The notes under the pieces are model-generated. The model made no database searches and was not told the DNA's origin. It was given only the letters and a program-made list of their open reading frames with translations. Position numbers and translations under genes: made by a program. DNA of 63,486 bases, counting the filler, from Pelomyxa schiedti (taxonomy: Eukaryota > Protista > Evosea), in assembly GCA_020536535.1 (NCBI GenBank). It is 4 parts of 4 records of this genome, joined end to end, with 100 filler letters (N's around TTAATTAATTAA, not from the genome) between each part and the next. Parts side by side here need not be neighbours in the genome. Positions count along the whole stretch, not along the records: positions 1 to 20,187 come from JAHLWZ010000003.1; positions 20,288 to 33,268 come from JAHLWZ010000710.1; 2 more parts are not named here. One strand, written 5' to 3'. Of the stretch, positions 12,638 to 27,746 are shown one piece after another (position 1 is the first letter of the stretch; the number at the start of each line of letters is the position of its first letter).

Positions 12638-15491
12638 ATGGCTACCGACAACACTCGCCTACTGGATGCCGAGTCGCAGGCAACCAACTGCACATACAAA
12701 AAGATCACTACTCAAGTTATTGCCGTTGACAATAGCCGGGACTCCGAAGGTTTCCACTGCGGCGAAGTTCCTGTCCTTTCTTCATGTGTGACGACTTCGA
12801 CGTGTGGGGGATACCAAATCCTGAGGGAGTGCGAAGAACCACCCGCGAATGCAGCCGTAGGCGTTTCCGTTTCGTTTAGAAACGTGCGGTACACCATTGA
12901 AACCGCGGAACGGAAGGAGAGCAACGGCGGCGTGCTGGATTCGGCCATGTCGCAGCTCTCCATGTGCCGCAGGAAGCGCACCGAGACTATTTTGCACGGA
13001 GTTTCTGGCCACGTTCCTGCCGGGAAATTACTGGCCATAATGGGTCCCTCGGGCTCTGGGAAAACAACGTTGGTGGACATTTTGGCCCTTAGGCCAAAGA
13101 CTGGAAAGGCCACCGGCCACGTCGCGTGGCAAGTACTACAGACGCCACCATCAGTGGACATTTTGCAGTCTATGCAAACTGCAAATTCGACACTGGACAT
13201 GGTGCGATACACCCCAGTGGAGTCCCATAATTTAGCTGCGTATGTAATGCAAGACGACGTATTTCTAGGTACCAAACATCTATTATTACATATTACTTAC
13301 CTGTTCCTAAGGTAACCTTACTGTACGAGAAACCCTACGTTACTCTCTACGCCTTAAACAGAAGTGTGAATCTGACACGGCCAGAGAGAACAAGCTTATA
13401 GATACCTGGATATCTAAAATGAAGTTGGATAAAGTAGCTGATAAACCAGTTGGCACTCCCCTAAAAAGAGGGGTATGTCTTTAAAACACCATTATGGATA
13501 GCGATTACAGAGCCACAAAGATTTCTGGAGGTGAGAGAAGACGTTTAAGCATTGCTGTTGAGATGCTTACATCACCATCTCTCCTTTTTATTGACGAAGT
13601 AACAACTGGGTTGGATGCACAAAATGCCCTGCGTGTGATGGAATCTGTGAAAAGACTCAGTGTCTCAGGCTGCACAGTGGTAAAGTTGCACGATTAACTT
13701 CAAATTTCCATTCTCATTTCCCTTTTTCTGCACCACAAACAGATTTGTACCATTCACCAACCCAGATCAAGTATCTACCACATGTTTGACTATGTTATGC
13801 TGATGAATGAAGGTTTGGTTGTACTTATCATCAATAATTATACGTTATAATTATACGTTGCAGGTTCTTGCGTGTATTTTGGTCCCACTCACCAAGTGGA
13901 GAGCTATTTCTCAGCACTGGAGCTACCTTGCCCATCTTTCACCAATCCCGCAGATTTCCTTCTAGATCTACTTGAAGTAGGTGGTAATGAAGACTATCAA
14001 GAAGTCCAGACAACACATACTGACAAAGAAATAAAAGGAGAGTGCCACGTCGTGACTCAAACGTCTTTGGTGAGAGCGGATACGAGTTCCTCATTTGAGT
14101 CTAATAATATTAAGGCAATAAAGGGTACCCTAATTGGAATACCAAAAATATCTCCTGCTCTTCTTGGCGAAAAATGGAAAGCGAGCCCCCAGAATATGAG
14201 TCTTGAATCAGAAAAACACTGTGGAGAGGATTCAAATATTTCTGAACAGTATAAATCCCGTGCGCCATTTTGCTTGTTAAATCCTTCTTTTTACATTTTT
14301 CACAAAGAAAAAGCAAAGAAGCCCGCTACATCAGTTTTCTCCCAATTTCTCACCCTTTCACATGTATGTAGTCACTATTGTATAATGGGTGCAATTACAC
14401 CAGAGTAGCGGTCCTGGCGACAAACTCTGCGTGATCCTGGAATAATGTATGTTCGCACTGGGGCAACCATTGGCATTGCTCTACTAGTTGGAGCGGTGTG
14501 GTTTCAATCTTTAATCTGAAACACTCACTGATTCAGATCTTCTTTGGGCAACCAGATGATGAGTCCAGCGTCGATGCCCGCATAAATACAATGCTTTTCC
14601 TTATGTGCGTCTTTGCCTTATTCTGCCTGCCAGCCATCTCCAAGTACATCGATGACAGACTTCTTTACTCACGAGAGCACTCTTCGAAGTTGTATTCGAC
14701 TGGAGGTTTCAATTATTTATTTATTGTATCACTGTAGCACTAACTAACTATCAACAGCGTATTTTTTTTCTGAATTTTTTGTCGAACTGCCCATACTAGT
14801 TGTTATTGTTATTATTTATGGTATCATTACGCCATTTGACTTTAACATTTACTGCATTCCTCAAAAAGGTTGTATCAGCTATTGGATGGTTAACTTAAAT
14901 CCTGATCCTGGGCGATTCTTTTTTTTTCTCTGGATTATTTTGTGTGTTTCCTTTGATGGATCCTTCCTACACTCACTTTGGCCAGGTCTGTTATTCTAGT
15001 TGGCTTCAGTGTGTCCCAGGCAATTGCTGCGGCCGTTAGCTCCGTAAATATGGCAATAGCAATATGTGAAGAAATCCTCACTCAAACAAAATGTGTAATA
15101 GATTTCACAGATATGCTCGTACTCGTGTATTCCCTTCTTTTAGGAGGTTTCATTGTATCCGCCAATGACTTACCCAAAGCTACACAGTGGCTTCTCCGAA
15201 CTAGTTACTTCTTTTATGGTACTTCTAAGCAAGGTTTCGTGCGTTGTTCTAACTTCTCACAGGGTTTGAGGCACTCGTAATAAACGAATTTGAGGGCAAG
15301 TCGTACGCGTCCAAAAATCCCATTATATCTCCTCCCTCTCATCACAACCCAGGTATGGTCAAGATGTGATTGACAGTTTGGGGTTCAGTGGAAACAAATT
15401 TGTGGATGCAGCAGCCTTAGTGATCTTCTTTATTGTACTGCGCTTCTTAACCTACCTCCTACTGAGGTTCATGGTAAAAGAGAAAAGGTAA
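12638..15491 (+). CDS. ABCG (White-like) half ABC transporter, multi-exon
   Basis: Walker A GPSGSGKTT, AYVMQDD, signature ISGGERRRLSIA, Walker B FIDEVTTGLDA, CTIHQP, NPADF, then an ABC-2 type TM domain. Confidence 0.95.
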
Positions 15492-15609
15492 ACAACTCAA
15501 TGCCACCAACAACGCCGACAATGTCTCCCTGTAAAACTTTAGTGGAAAAACACACCCATCACAACAACAATGTTGGGTACAGAAAATTTTTTCTGTAATT
15601 AAAAAAAAA

Positions 15610-17714
15610 ATGAACAGTGAAGCAGCCAACGAATTAGGGAGAGCCATAATGGCCATCCTTAACCAAGCGTCGTCAGGGGGCTCACAACAACCACAAGTAT
15701 CGCCAGTAATTTCCCCTCCTACTGCTCCCACAGTATCAACACCAACACCAACATCAGCATCAACAACAACCTCTTCGTCGTCATCTTCGTTGGTGCAGGC
15801 ACAAGTCACTGCTCCCATAACCACCAGTGCGCCACCGCCACAGTTCGCGCCCCCCACTGCGTCCCTCGGCGCACTCTTCTCGGGGCCCCTGATGCCGGCG
15901 AGCCTGAGGCTACCCGGCCAGGGACCAACCGGCACCGACGGCACGCCAACAACGCCGATGGGCCTAGGCGGGATTATGGGCGGCATCAATCTGGGGAGCC
16001 CCGGAGGCATGATGGGAATGGGAATGATGATGGGGGGGCCAGGCACGGGAGTGACCGTCGGTTCGACCCCGGTAGCGCGCAGAGTGAGAATTGCTCCTAG
16101 AATGGCTGTGACATCCACGCCATCATCATCGTCGTCATCAGCTTCTTCGATTGGGGGTGTGTCATTGGTTCCTGGTGGAATATCATGTGCTTCTAGTGGT
16201 GGAATTACCATGACTACTCCGTTGGTGAGTGGTGGGCAGCCTGTTGGCGGTTTGGGGACGTTTGAAGTTCACGTCAAGACTTTGGGAGGATGTTCGCAAT
16301 CTATAAGGGTTCCATTGTTCATTAAGGTGAAGGACTTCAAGGACTCTGTGAGCACTCAAACTTCAGCTCCACGAACGGATATGGCATGTGCCTATAAGGG
16401 GAAAATTTTGTCCGACTCCTTTTTCCTGACTGAGTACGGAGTAAAAGACAATGGTACTCCTTTCACTTTTCATATTTGGTGAAAAAACTAATACCTTGCA
16501 AAAAGATTCCATTATAGTTTTTACTGCCAAGTACACCTACTTTTTTAATTTTTCTTTGCTTAATCATTTTATAGATCTGCAGTTCCAGAACCTCCACCTT
16601 TGCCACAACTGATTACACCAGTGACTCCCAATTCTATAAATCCTCCATCTACCCCTGCCGCTCCCACTCCTATCCCACTATCCTTCCCTGGTTTCACTTT
16701 TCAAATAAGCCCGGGTACTCCAGACCCGACCATCCCTGTGGTATGCAGCTATAATGTTGTCTCCATTTCACTCTTGTTAGATATCACTACCACCTGCAGA
16801 AACCCCATTACGACTTGTTCAGCCCATAGAGCCGCTACCTGTACCGGCTACTCCGATTGTATGTTCTTGAATCTTTTTGTTTCGTTTTTTTTTTCCCCGA
16901 GGGAGATTTGCCAGTTACCAATATAGCAATCAATAGCAACCATTAACAGTTGACCCTTCTCTTGTCAGCCAACTCACCGACGCCGGTTTTAGTGCAAATA
17001 GGGCAACTCGTGCGCTTCTGTTGAACAGGCACCCGGCAGCTCATAAAATCAACACTAAGAAACTCCTGTAGAATGAATCCAGAGTTTGCCATGGATTGGT
17101 TACTGGAACACGTGGATGATCACGACGAGTCTCTTGATTCCCCACTTACACCTGAAAGTCTCACAGCACTGCTGAGCACAACTGCTCACAGAACCACCAC
17201 CGGCCCATTTGTACCAGACCCAGCTGTATGTTCTCTGACTTTCTACAGTCCCCTTACACAATAATAGATACAGCAACGACTTCAGGAAATGGGTTTCTCT
17301 GCTGAAAATGCGGAGGAAGCCCTGCAAGCTACCAATAATAACTACGAAGCTGCCTGTAATTGGCTTTTATCCGATGGGGTAACTAGTCCACAACATTACC
17401 ACCCTTCATAACTCCGTATTTAGCAAGACACAGGAGACGACGGCGCGGATGCAGCCCAGCCCGATTTGATGCAGGCTATCCTTTCATTACCTGCAGTATG
17501 GGGTTCACTGAACAATCCCCGCGTTGTTGATGCCTTCCATGCAATGATGAACGATCCAAATCAAGCAAGCCTTTTTGCGGATGACCCAGAAATCGGCCCA
17601 ATATTAGCTCAAGTAAAAATCCAACATGTTTCCCAGGAATACTACTAACGAACTGAACCACAAAAGGTTCAGACTTTTCTCAATGAGCACACTGGTGGAA
17701 CACAAAGGCTATGA
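15610..17714 (+). CDS. UBL-UBA-UBA-STI1 ubiquitin receptor (UBAC1/KPC2-like) with low-complexity N-terminus
   Basis: UBL (FEVHVKTLGG..YKGKILSD..EYGVKD), UBA1 ([33 protein letters not shown]), UBA2 (LQEMGFSAENAEEALQATNNNYEAACNWLL), STI1-like (LNNPRVVDAFHAMMNDP..DPEIGPIL). Confidence 0.8.
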
Positions 17715-19294
17715 GCAAAGAAGTACCGCGAAGGCTCATTACTGTTTGTACACAAATTTAAAGTGCATGGTTCACACCAAAACGGCTCATAGTCAATGAC
17801 CCACACTTCATTGCCTTGTTTCTAAGTTAGAAACAAAAGCACCCCACATCAAAACTTCCTCCTAAGTCAAATACAATGTTAGTACTCTCAATTTCTTGTT
17901 CACACAAAAGGTGTTCTTTGTCAGAAAACATTTTTGTCAACAAACATTTTTCTCACAAAACTAGTGTGCCGATTATTCTAGGAACTCATTTTTTTTTGTT
18001 CCATCTCGTTGGGTGTGATGTGCTGAATGGTGGACGGTGGTGGTTTCGAAGAAGGATCGAGTGGTCATGGCAGCGGGAGTTGGTTGTTGGTTGGGTTTGC
18101 CAACCAGTATCGTTCCAAAGTTATCCCGATCCACTTGTGGATGTTCCCAAAGTGAGATGGAGTGACCTCCCTTGCTGGAGTTTACTTACTCGAAAATAAC
18201 GCAAAGTCATGCTGAAAGAAGCGCACCAAACAGCCTCTTGCTATCTCGGATTTCCCACTTCGGCCCTTTCAGAAAAGTGCAGATACGCACCGAGAACACG
18301 TTCCATTTCACGTTCACGGATGATGCATACCTGTAAATGTGAAAAACCTTCATTATGAGTTTGTTGAGGTGCCAAAACCAAGAGGAAAAATAATAAGCCT
18401 CGAGTGTTTGTGCGTAAAACTTGGAAGTTTTTACCTCAGAGCTCAGTTTTCTTTGCTACTACTTCAACTTGAATCTCCCTGGCAGTTTTTAAGTAACAAG
18501 GAGAGTAAAAAAAGAGGTAACATACATACGCATGCATGCATGCAAGCAGGCATGCGTGGGGGGTATAAATCACAACTTGTTCCTAACAAAACCCCGCGAC
18601 CCCTTTTCATAGAGATAATAAGAGAGAGTGGAATGTGGAATAGTACGAAGGAGAGGAGGAGAGAAATACTTGACATCGCACTGATGATGAAATGAATGAA
18701 AATCGGAGAAATTAGGTCACACTCTCAGAGTTCTCACAGAAGAAGTACAGGCCATGAACCAGTTCCGCACCCTAATGCCCCTGCAAGACTGGGATTAAGT
18801 GACCATGGTTCTCCAGGAATAAAATAATCACACACCACAACAACCCAGACACCACCAAAATTACAGCAGGAGCTCAGCATAAAAAGAGGGGGGGCTGGTG
18901 GGAGCAGAAACCGCGCAGCCAACCTCACGTCAATTATAGTTTCCTCCAATCAGAGTTGCGTTTCCAGTGCCACATGCACACGTGCATAACATGCCCGCAC
19001 AAATCTGCGCTGGGCCTTTCGCGAGAGATCCTCTCACACTGAGCCCATACTGCGCTCTTTTCACGCCAGAGATCCAGCTCACACCCAACAACAAGCTGCG
19101 ACGCACAAACACGGTCACCGCTCGCCCTACTCGGTTTTCGAAATTGTGGCCAAAACGCACACAAGGGCGCAGGGCATTGCTGACGCACCGCGACAAGTCA
19201 AAAAAGAAAAAAAAATATGTGAAAGAAGAAATTTTCTTATTCGGTTGTCTTGTCCCATGAAAAGGGAAACGAGAAGAAATAGAAACAAACAAAA

Positions 19295-19542
19295 GGGGGG
19301 TAGCATTCCCAGTGCAGGGTAACACTCCCCACGAAACGAGAAGAAAAACAAAACTAAAAAAAGAAAAAAGGGGTAGCATTCCCAGTGCAGGNNNNNNNNN
19401 NNNNNNNNNNNNNNNNNNNNNNNNNNNNNNNNNNNNNNNNNNNNNNNNNNNNNNNNNNNNNNNNNNNNNNNNNNNNNNNNNNNNNNNNNNNAAAAAGGGG
19501 GTAGCATTCCCAGTGCAGGGTAACACTCCCCACGAAACGAGA
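19295..19542. repeat. Tandem ~47-bp hairpin-forming repeat, period ~74 bp, at least 3 copies, spanning a gap
   Basis: GGGGTAGCATTCCCAGTGCAGGGTAACACTCCCCACGAAACGAGAA at 19297, 19370 (cut by Ns) and 19498, with A-rich spacers. Confidence 0.85.
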
Positions 19543-20231
19543 AAACGAGAAGAAAGAAAAAAACACAAAACAAAAAAAAAAGAGAGATGGGAAGAACAAT
19601 GCCTTGCTTGTTGTCGTTGCTTGCTTGCTTGGTTGCCCTCTTGACGCACACGAACCAATCCACACTCACTCTCCTCCTCTTTGTGTGTGTATTTTTTTTC
19701 TCAACTCGTGTCTTGAGCTTTGTTTTTTTTTTTTGAACTTTTTGCGATCAACGGTCCTTATAAATCCATAATCGACGTGTCGACAAGAAATTTCTCAGTT
19801 GCTTCAGTTGCCCTGAAGTAGAAAAGAAAAGAGCAGCGAGTAGCACACAAGAGTTCTATCCCCAATTCTATTCCATAAACGGAGAGGCATGATCAAACCC
19901 TGTTTTGATTGAAAGAAATAAAATGTTACCCAAACGTGGTGTGTTGTCGACCACACAACAACAGAAATGCAAGACGAGAGAGATCTGGGCACGTGCGGTG
20001 TTGGTGCTGGTGTCGGAGATCAGCCACTTGTCTCTTACGTGGAAGTGCCGCTGGCGGGAAACTCTTATTATACTCACACTGTGTGTCGGCCGGGTGACTG
20101 GTCATCATTAAGTCATGTAGATCTTCCCGCAAGAAGTCCACCTTGGGAAAGCCAACCCACATGTGCAAATGCAAACAGCGATTACCCNNNNNNNNNNNNN
20201 NNNNNNNNNNNNNNNNNNNNNNNNNNNNNNN

Positions 20232-20243
20232 TTAATTAATTAA
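20232..20243. other. Artificial six-frame-stop linker TTAATTAATTAA inside an N gap
   Basis: Centred in a 100-nt gap; same pattern at 33313 and 57615. Confidence 0.95.
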
Positions 20244-20287
20244 NNNNNNNNNNNNNNNNNNNNNNNNNNNNNNNNNNNNNNNNNNNN

Positions 20288-21762
<1,475 letters not shown>

Positions 21763-22099
21763 ATGTTATAACCTTTGTTGGAAGATCTGCTTTTTACTAA
21801 TAACATTGAAGTAAAAAGGTGACATTGTAGTCAAAAAGCGAAAATTTTTTAGTTTGACATAGGAGGAATGTTTGATGCAAGGTGTGTGAGGGGATGGGTG
21901 TTGGTTGTTGTTAGTTTTCCAGTCCACCTCCCCGTTATATGTGTAATTCCGCTCATACACCGATGGTAACACTATGCATACACCAGAGTGGAGGTCTAGN
22001 NNNNNNNNNNNNNNNNNNNNNNNNNNNNNNNNNNNNNNNNNNNNNNNNNNNNNNNNNNNNNNNNNNNNNNNNNNNNNNNNNNNNNNNNNNNNNNNNNNN

Positions 22100-23403
22100 C
22101 ATCATTTGGATGGAACCTGTCAATGAACCACTCCATAGCCTTGATACTCCCACTGCGTGAAACAGCTTCATGCAGCACCGCGGCGTGTTCTCTTGTGACA
22201 ACACCTTCCACATCCACAATCCCAGCTAGCCACTCCACAACGTCGAGGTGGCCACCCTTGAGTGCCTCAACAAACGGCCCGCACAGCTCGCTCTCAGTCA
22301 CACCGAACCTACTCACCAGCCACTTCACCACCTCCAGCTTCCCCGCCTTGCACACACAACCCACCACGTTTTCCGCATCATCCCACCTCCCCGCATCCCT
22401 TACATCAAACTCAACATGAGTACCCTCACCCCCAACCACACCAGGCCAACACAGTCCACACCTCCTTGTCCACAGCTCCTTCCCAATCCCAATCCCAATC
22501 CCAATCCCCATTCCCATTCCAACGTGATTCCCTTCTCCCATGGCCATTGGGGGATCATCACCATGATCCACAAATAGCTGCTTCGCGGAATCCAAGTGGC
22601 CGCCCACGCACAGGCCCCTGAGGCCCAGGGGTGGATTTATGAGCGGCTCACGCTCATTACAGATCTAAGTGAGCAAAATCAACGGTTCATGAGGCTCATT
22701 TGTGATCAATCTCAAGGAAAAAACCCTGTGTGAGGGTCCGCTTTAGGAAGGAGAGTAGAGATTCCTCCAGGCCCTCTCTGTAACACTCCTGTAGCCAAGG
22801 TGTCTGAGCCGAGATGCTAGTACCTGCAAGCAGGGAGAATACAATCATCTGCTGACAGTCCTCACTCACAACCCAGCAAAGAGCAAGAATTCGGGTTTGA
22901 TGGTCGAAAAACCATCAGATCAACCTCAGCGGCCATCCAAGGAATTCAAAGAAAACAAAAGTTTTTCAAGCCAGTTGATAAGCTCAGGAGCGCTCATTAG
23001 CTCACAAACTTCTGCTTATTGGCCGAAGTTCATGAGTACTCGACCAAAATCCACCCCCTGCCCTGAGCACGGCCAATCGCTCCTTGCGTGGGTTCCTGGT
23101 GGCCCTGTGCGCCAGTATCCACGCCGCGCACCTGCCCCCCCCGCTCTCGCCGCCTCCCGCCCTCGCTGCGAGCTCCAGAGCGAAGTACGACGAGCGGTAC
23201 TTGTACTTCCAGGTGTCGGGGCCCTCGTCCCAGATCTTCTCGTTCGAGGTGGCCAGCACGGCGCGGGAGGCCCTGGCGACCAGCGGGAAGAGAGCTTCGG
23301 CCGCCGAGAAGAGCCGCATGCATTTCTTGGGCGAAAGGGGCGAGAACGGGCGGACCCACGTCGCCGAAACGACGTGGTCCCATACGATCCGGGAAATTCC
23401 CAT
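22100..23403 (-). pseudogene. Ankyrin-like repeat gene disrupted by a MITE and truncated by a gap
   Basis: MGISRIVWDHVV..ERLAVLR[insertion]GLCVGGHLDSAKQL..CKAGKLEVVKWLV..ALKGGHLDVVEWL..SRSGSIKAMEWF. Confidence 0.75.
22626..23060. mobile_element. Non-autonomous hAT-like DNA transposon (MITE), ~435 bp
   Basis: Termini CAGGGGTGGATTT ... AAATCCACCCCCTG; CCCTGAG duplicated on both flanks; multiple subterminal GCTCA/TGAGC; interrupts a reading frame. Confidence 0.75.
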
Positions 23404-23537
23404 AACTCGCTGTGCCTCCTGCTGCTTCGTGTTGTCCAGGCCTGGCGAGAACCGCCGACATCATCTTCGTGGTTCGCTCTTGGAGGTTTCGATCCTCGGA
23501 AAAAACCGGTTTTTGATTGACACGGTCCGCGAAGTCA

Positions 23538-25035
23538 ATGGCAGGCGAGGTACTTACTTGTGGGTAAATCGTTTTTGTTGCAGACATTAACTTTCTTTGA
23601 GACATGCCGTAAACGGGCAGCAACTTTCGATTACGTTTCGCCCGGGTCTTTTGCGCGGCTGTGTGTTGTGTGCCACAATCCCCCGGTTGATCCCATGGTG
23701 CACACGTGCGGCGAGTGGGTTTGTCAGCTCTGCATCGATAAAGTATGTTACTTTTTAAAAAACGCTCAACTTTACACACTGAAAGGGAACAACAGGAATG
23801 CCCAATGTGCTCTGAACAATTGAGGGACGGTTCTGTGCCAGCAGTGAACAAGACACTGCTGACGAAGTTGGATGCAATGGAAGTGTACTGTCCTTCTTGC
23901 AGAGGCACACAAAAAAGGTCACAGCTACCTTCTCACATCCAGCTGTGCCCAATTGGTAAAATCTAGTCCCCTTACTCTGAAATCAATCTCCTTCAAGACT
24001 GCCCAAATAAATGCTCCACTCGCGTTAAACCCATTGACATGAATGAGCATGACACCGTGTGTCCAATGAAACCTGTTCGTTGCCTGAAGTGTGGAGCCAT
24101 GATTCCTCGCTCAAGAATGACTGTTGATCACATTCCACATTGCCCAATTGGTGAGTCCTCTCTTTCTCTCTTACATGACCTCAATTCCCATCCCCATTTT
24201 CACACCATCTCTTTACTTCCCAGAATGCCCACTTGGATGTGGTGCACTCGTGGCACCAATCAGGCAGAGAGAACACGAGGAGGTATGCAACATGGCACTT
24301 ATACCTTGTCCTGGGGCCTGCCTGTCATGCAAATGGACTGGAAGACGGAGTGAACAGACTGATCACGCCAGGTCATGTGCCTTTGCACAGATGGCGCCAT
24401 TTATCTTCTCTGTGATCAATGACTGCAAGTCACAAGTGGCAGCACTCACACAGCGAGTTCAATCACTCGAGGAACAACTTCACGAAAAAAATGCATCCTC
24501 AAGTGCCCCCACGTCTCATACATCTTGTAGCACATCAATACTACCACAACCTGCCACTACACAAGAAGCAGAGGGACTCAGGTGGAACCTAGGAATAAGT
24601 GGTGAGAATGCTATGATAACAGGAGATAGAGTCAGAAGGGTACAAGGCTTTGGCGCTTGTGTAGTTGCACTTGATGCGCCAATCCCCAGTCCTTGCACCC
24701 ACTGCTTTCAAGTCCTAATAATGGAGACTGATGCAAACTGGAGCGGCAGTATTTCCTTGATGTTCTGCACACAACTCCCACAAAAAATACCTCATGACCT
24801 CAGGCCTGGCACACTGGGAAGACTTGAAATTAAAACAAGGACAGCAGACCGCTTTGGAATTTCACTAGAACCTGAATCAGGGTGCACAATACTGTGGCAC
24901 AATGGCCGCGACTGTGGCACACTGCCTGATGACTACCCTGTGATGCCCACTGACAGGCCCCTCTTTGTAATGGTGGATGTGTATGGAGAGGCCAAGTCCA
25001 TCAAACTGCTTCCTCTTGAACCACTACCTCCTTAA
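23538..25035 (+). CDS. RING / TRAF-type zinc fingers / coiled coil / NHR (neuralized) E3 ligase
   Basis: RING CVVC..TCGEWVCQLC..CPMC; TRAF-ZF (H..VCPMKPVRCLKC, HEEVCNMALIPC); C-terminal WSGSISL..LFVMVDVYGEAKSIKLL typical of NHR. Confidence 0.85.
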
Positions 25036-25337
25036 CTGGGAACAAAAAAGCCAAAAATCAAATGTAAATGAAATGTGGAAGTTGGGGTTGCTTTTGTTTG
25101 TGACTGGGATGCTTATGGAGGACAAAAAGTAAGCGGTTCCACAATCGTGGAAAGAAGTGCAACTTACAGCGCTCCCTCTCCAGCAGATTGCCGGGGAGGG
25201 CTTGGAGTGAGTAAACCCTCTTCCTTGGGTGAAGCAGGTGAGGGTACTCTAGAATTCGCAGAGTAGATCACCCAAAGGGAATTAGGGGTTGTCAGTTTGG
25301 CACCCTTTTTTGACTCGGAGGGTTTGGGGAAAAAAAC

Positions 25338-26332
25338 TTAAGGTTTTCCCTTGTCACAAGAGTCAAAGGAATCAGGAGGGAGGAAGACAGAGTAATCGGC
25401 AATGGAGGGCACAAACGCGGTTGGATCGCCAAGTTCGATTTGGTAAAGAAGGCACCCATTGTTCTCACCCGTGGAGCATGTGATTATCTGGAACGGCCTC
25501 CCTGACGCAGCGTCTTCTAGCACCTTCACGCTGTCCGCATAGTATTCTTCGCCTAGGGTTCTCCAATTAGAGAAGTTTTGTGAACGAATATGTGTGGACC
25601 TGAAGCGTAATACTCGCAAACATTGCTGTACTGAAGGCAAGGCCACGAAACAAGGTTCTCAGGATCAGTTGCCCACACACTCCCCTCATTTACTGCCTGC
25701 TAATGTGTGAGATTTAAAGTTTCATTGGCGGAGAAGTCACTCACGAGGCTAAAAGAAAGGTCATTAAAAATAGGACCATACCACCCCAGGGTGCCAGTGT
25801 AACAGAAGTGCAAATCGATGCCGTAGTAAGGAGTGCCCCATGAATAAGTGACCGCGCTTTCTGTCTAGAGAAAGGAAAAGTGTGAAGCTAGATTTAGTTT
25901 TCAAAATAAACACAAGGGGTGGGGGGATGTTACACACTGCAAAAACAGACACATTGAAACCAGTGTGAGGCACAGAATAGTAGATGTCCTTTCGGTACAA
26001 ATTCTGCACCGGATCCGCGTATTGGACCCCTATGTGAGTGATAATTCAACAAAAAGAATGGAACTAAAGAAAGCAGCATGACCTTCACCCAGGAAAATCC
26101 AAGGAAGAACGGGAGTGCTGTAGCCATCAGCCGCGTACAACCGGAACTTCATCGTGTATGGGAACTGTTCCGCGGTGAGAGGGTGGGTGAAAACGAATTG
26201 TGGGTGTGTGTCAACCGTCCCAATGTGGGCCTTCTCAGGAAGACCCTCACCGTTGGCCACTCCCACAATAGCCGCTGCAACAACAACCCAAAAAGCCGTT
26301 ATCATTTTGTATAAAACTGATTTCACAGCCAT
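25338..26332 (-). CDS. Secreted ependymin-related (EPDR-like) protein, paralog A
   Basis: Signal peptide; QYADPVQNLYRKD; conserved Cys; terminal DYSVFLPPDSFDSC. Confidence 0.7.
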
Positions 26333-26696
26333 CGGAAAGATCGAATTTAAAATATTCTCCCCCAGTAGTGTAACTAATGATGGTTACTGCCCTTCTTGTA
26401 GCGAGTAAAAGAGGGAACAAAAGTGCCAAAGCAAACTGATAAAGCTCACCCAATCACCTGACCCTTTACGAAGTGACCACCAAACGGAGCCCTCTGGATA
26501 AACAACGTTCACATCAGGTCGCTTGGCCGAACTCGGCATAATCAACAGACCGGAACGCTGTTGATTTTCGTTCCCCTCAGGATATGAGGTGTTTTCTGGA
26601 GTAATTGGGAGTCGGCGTGCTGCCAGAGGGCTTAGGAGGCATTCTGGAGTGTTGCCAGTGGCTCGTTGGGACTGGATCTGGAAGGCAATTATAGAC

Positions 26697-26746
26697 CCAA
26701 TTGGTTTGACTTGAACCAATTGGTGCCAATTGATGCCGCCAATTGG
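26697..26746. promoter_or_regulatory. Cluster of four CCAATTG(G) motifs in a divergent promoter
   Basis: CCAATTGG at 26697, 26716, 26739 and CCAATTG at 26726, between EPDR-A (-) and the E2 (+). Confidence 0.45.
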
Positions 26747-26883
26747 GAGCGACACACATAAACAAATCAGAAAAAAAGAAAAAATTAAAAAATATATTTT
26801 TCAAAAACCAAGTACGACAACAAGGTAGATCCGCAACACGCACGACCGACGTTCTTTTTTCCTTACTGTCGTTCCATAGATAA

Positions 26884-27491
<608 letters not shown>

Positions 27492-27746
27492 ACCTCCACT
27501 CTGGTGTATGCATAGTGTTACCATCGGTGTATGAGCGGAATTACACATATAACGGGGAGGTGGACTGGAAAACTAACAACAACCAACACCCATCCCCTCA
27601 CACACCTTTGCATCAAACATTCCTCCTATGTCAAACTAAAAAAATTTTCGCTTTTTGACTACAGTAGTGTTGTGTGAGGTGTGACACCTTTTTACTTTTT
27701 TGCCAATAACATTGATCTTCCAACAAAGTGATAAAGGTTAGAACAT

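Noticed and set aside
17876-19260. Short ORFs suggesting a minus-strand gene
   Set aside because: Could not build a consistent exon chain or recognise a domain
19295-19542. CRISPR array or iron-responsive element (CAGTGC loop on the + strand)
   Set aside because: Eukaryotic context, low-complexity spacers and no cas genes; the IRE upper stem would close with a C-A mismatch; no hammerhead CUGANGA core
19967-20187. Possible gene start MQDERDLG..
   Set aside because: Short, cut by a gap, no recognisable homology
20188-20287. TTAATTAATTAA palindromes in N runs (also 33313 and 57615)
   Set aside because: Artificial six-frame-stop contig linker, not biological; adjacency across these joins is unreliable
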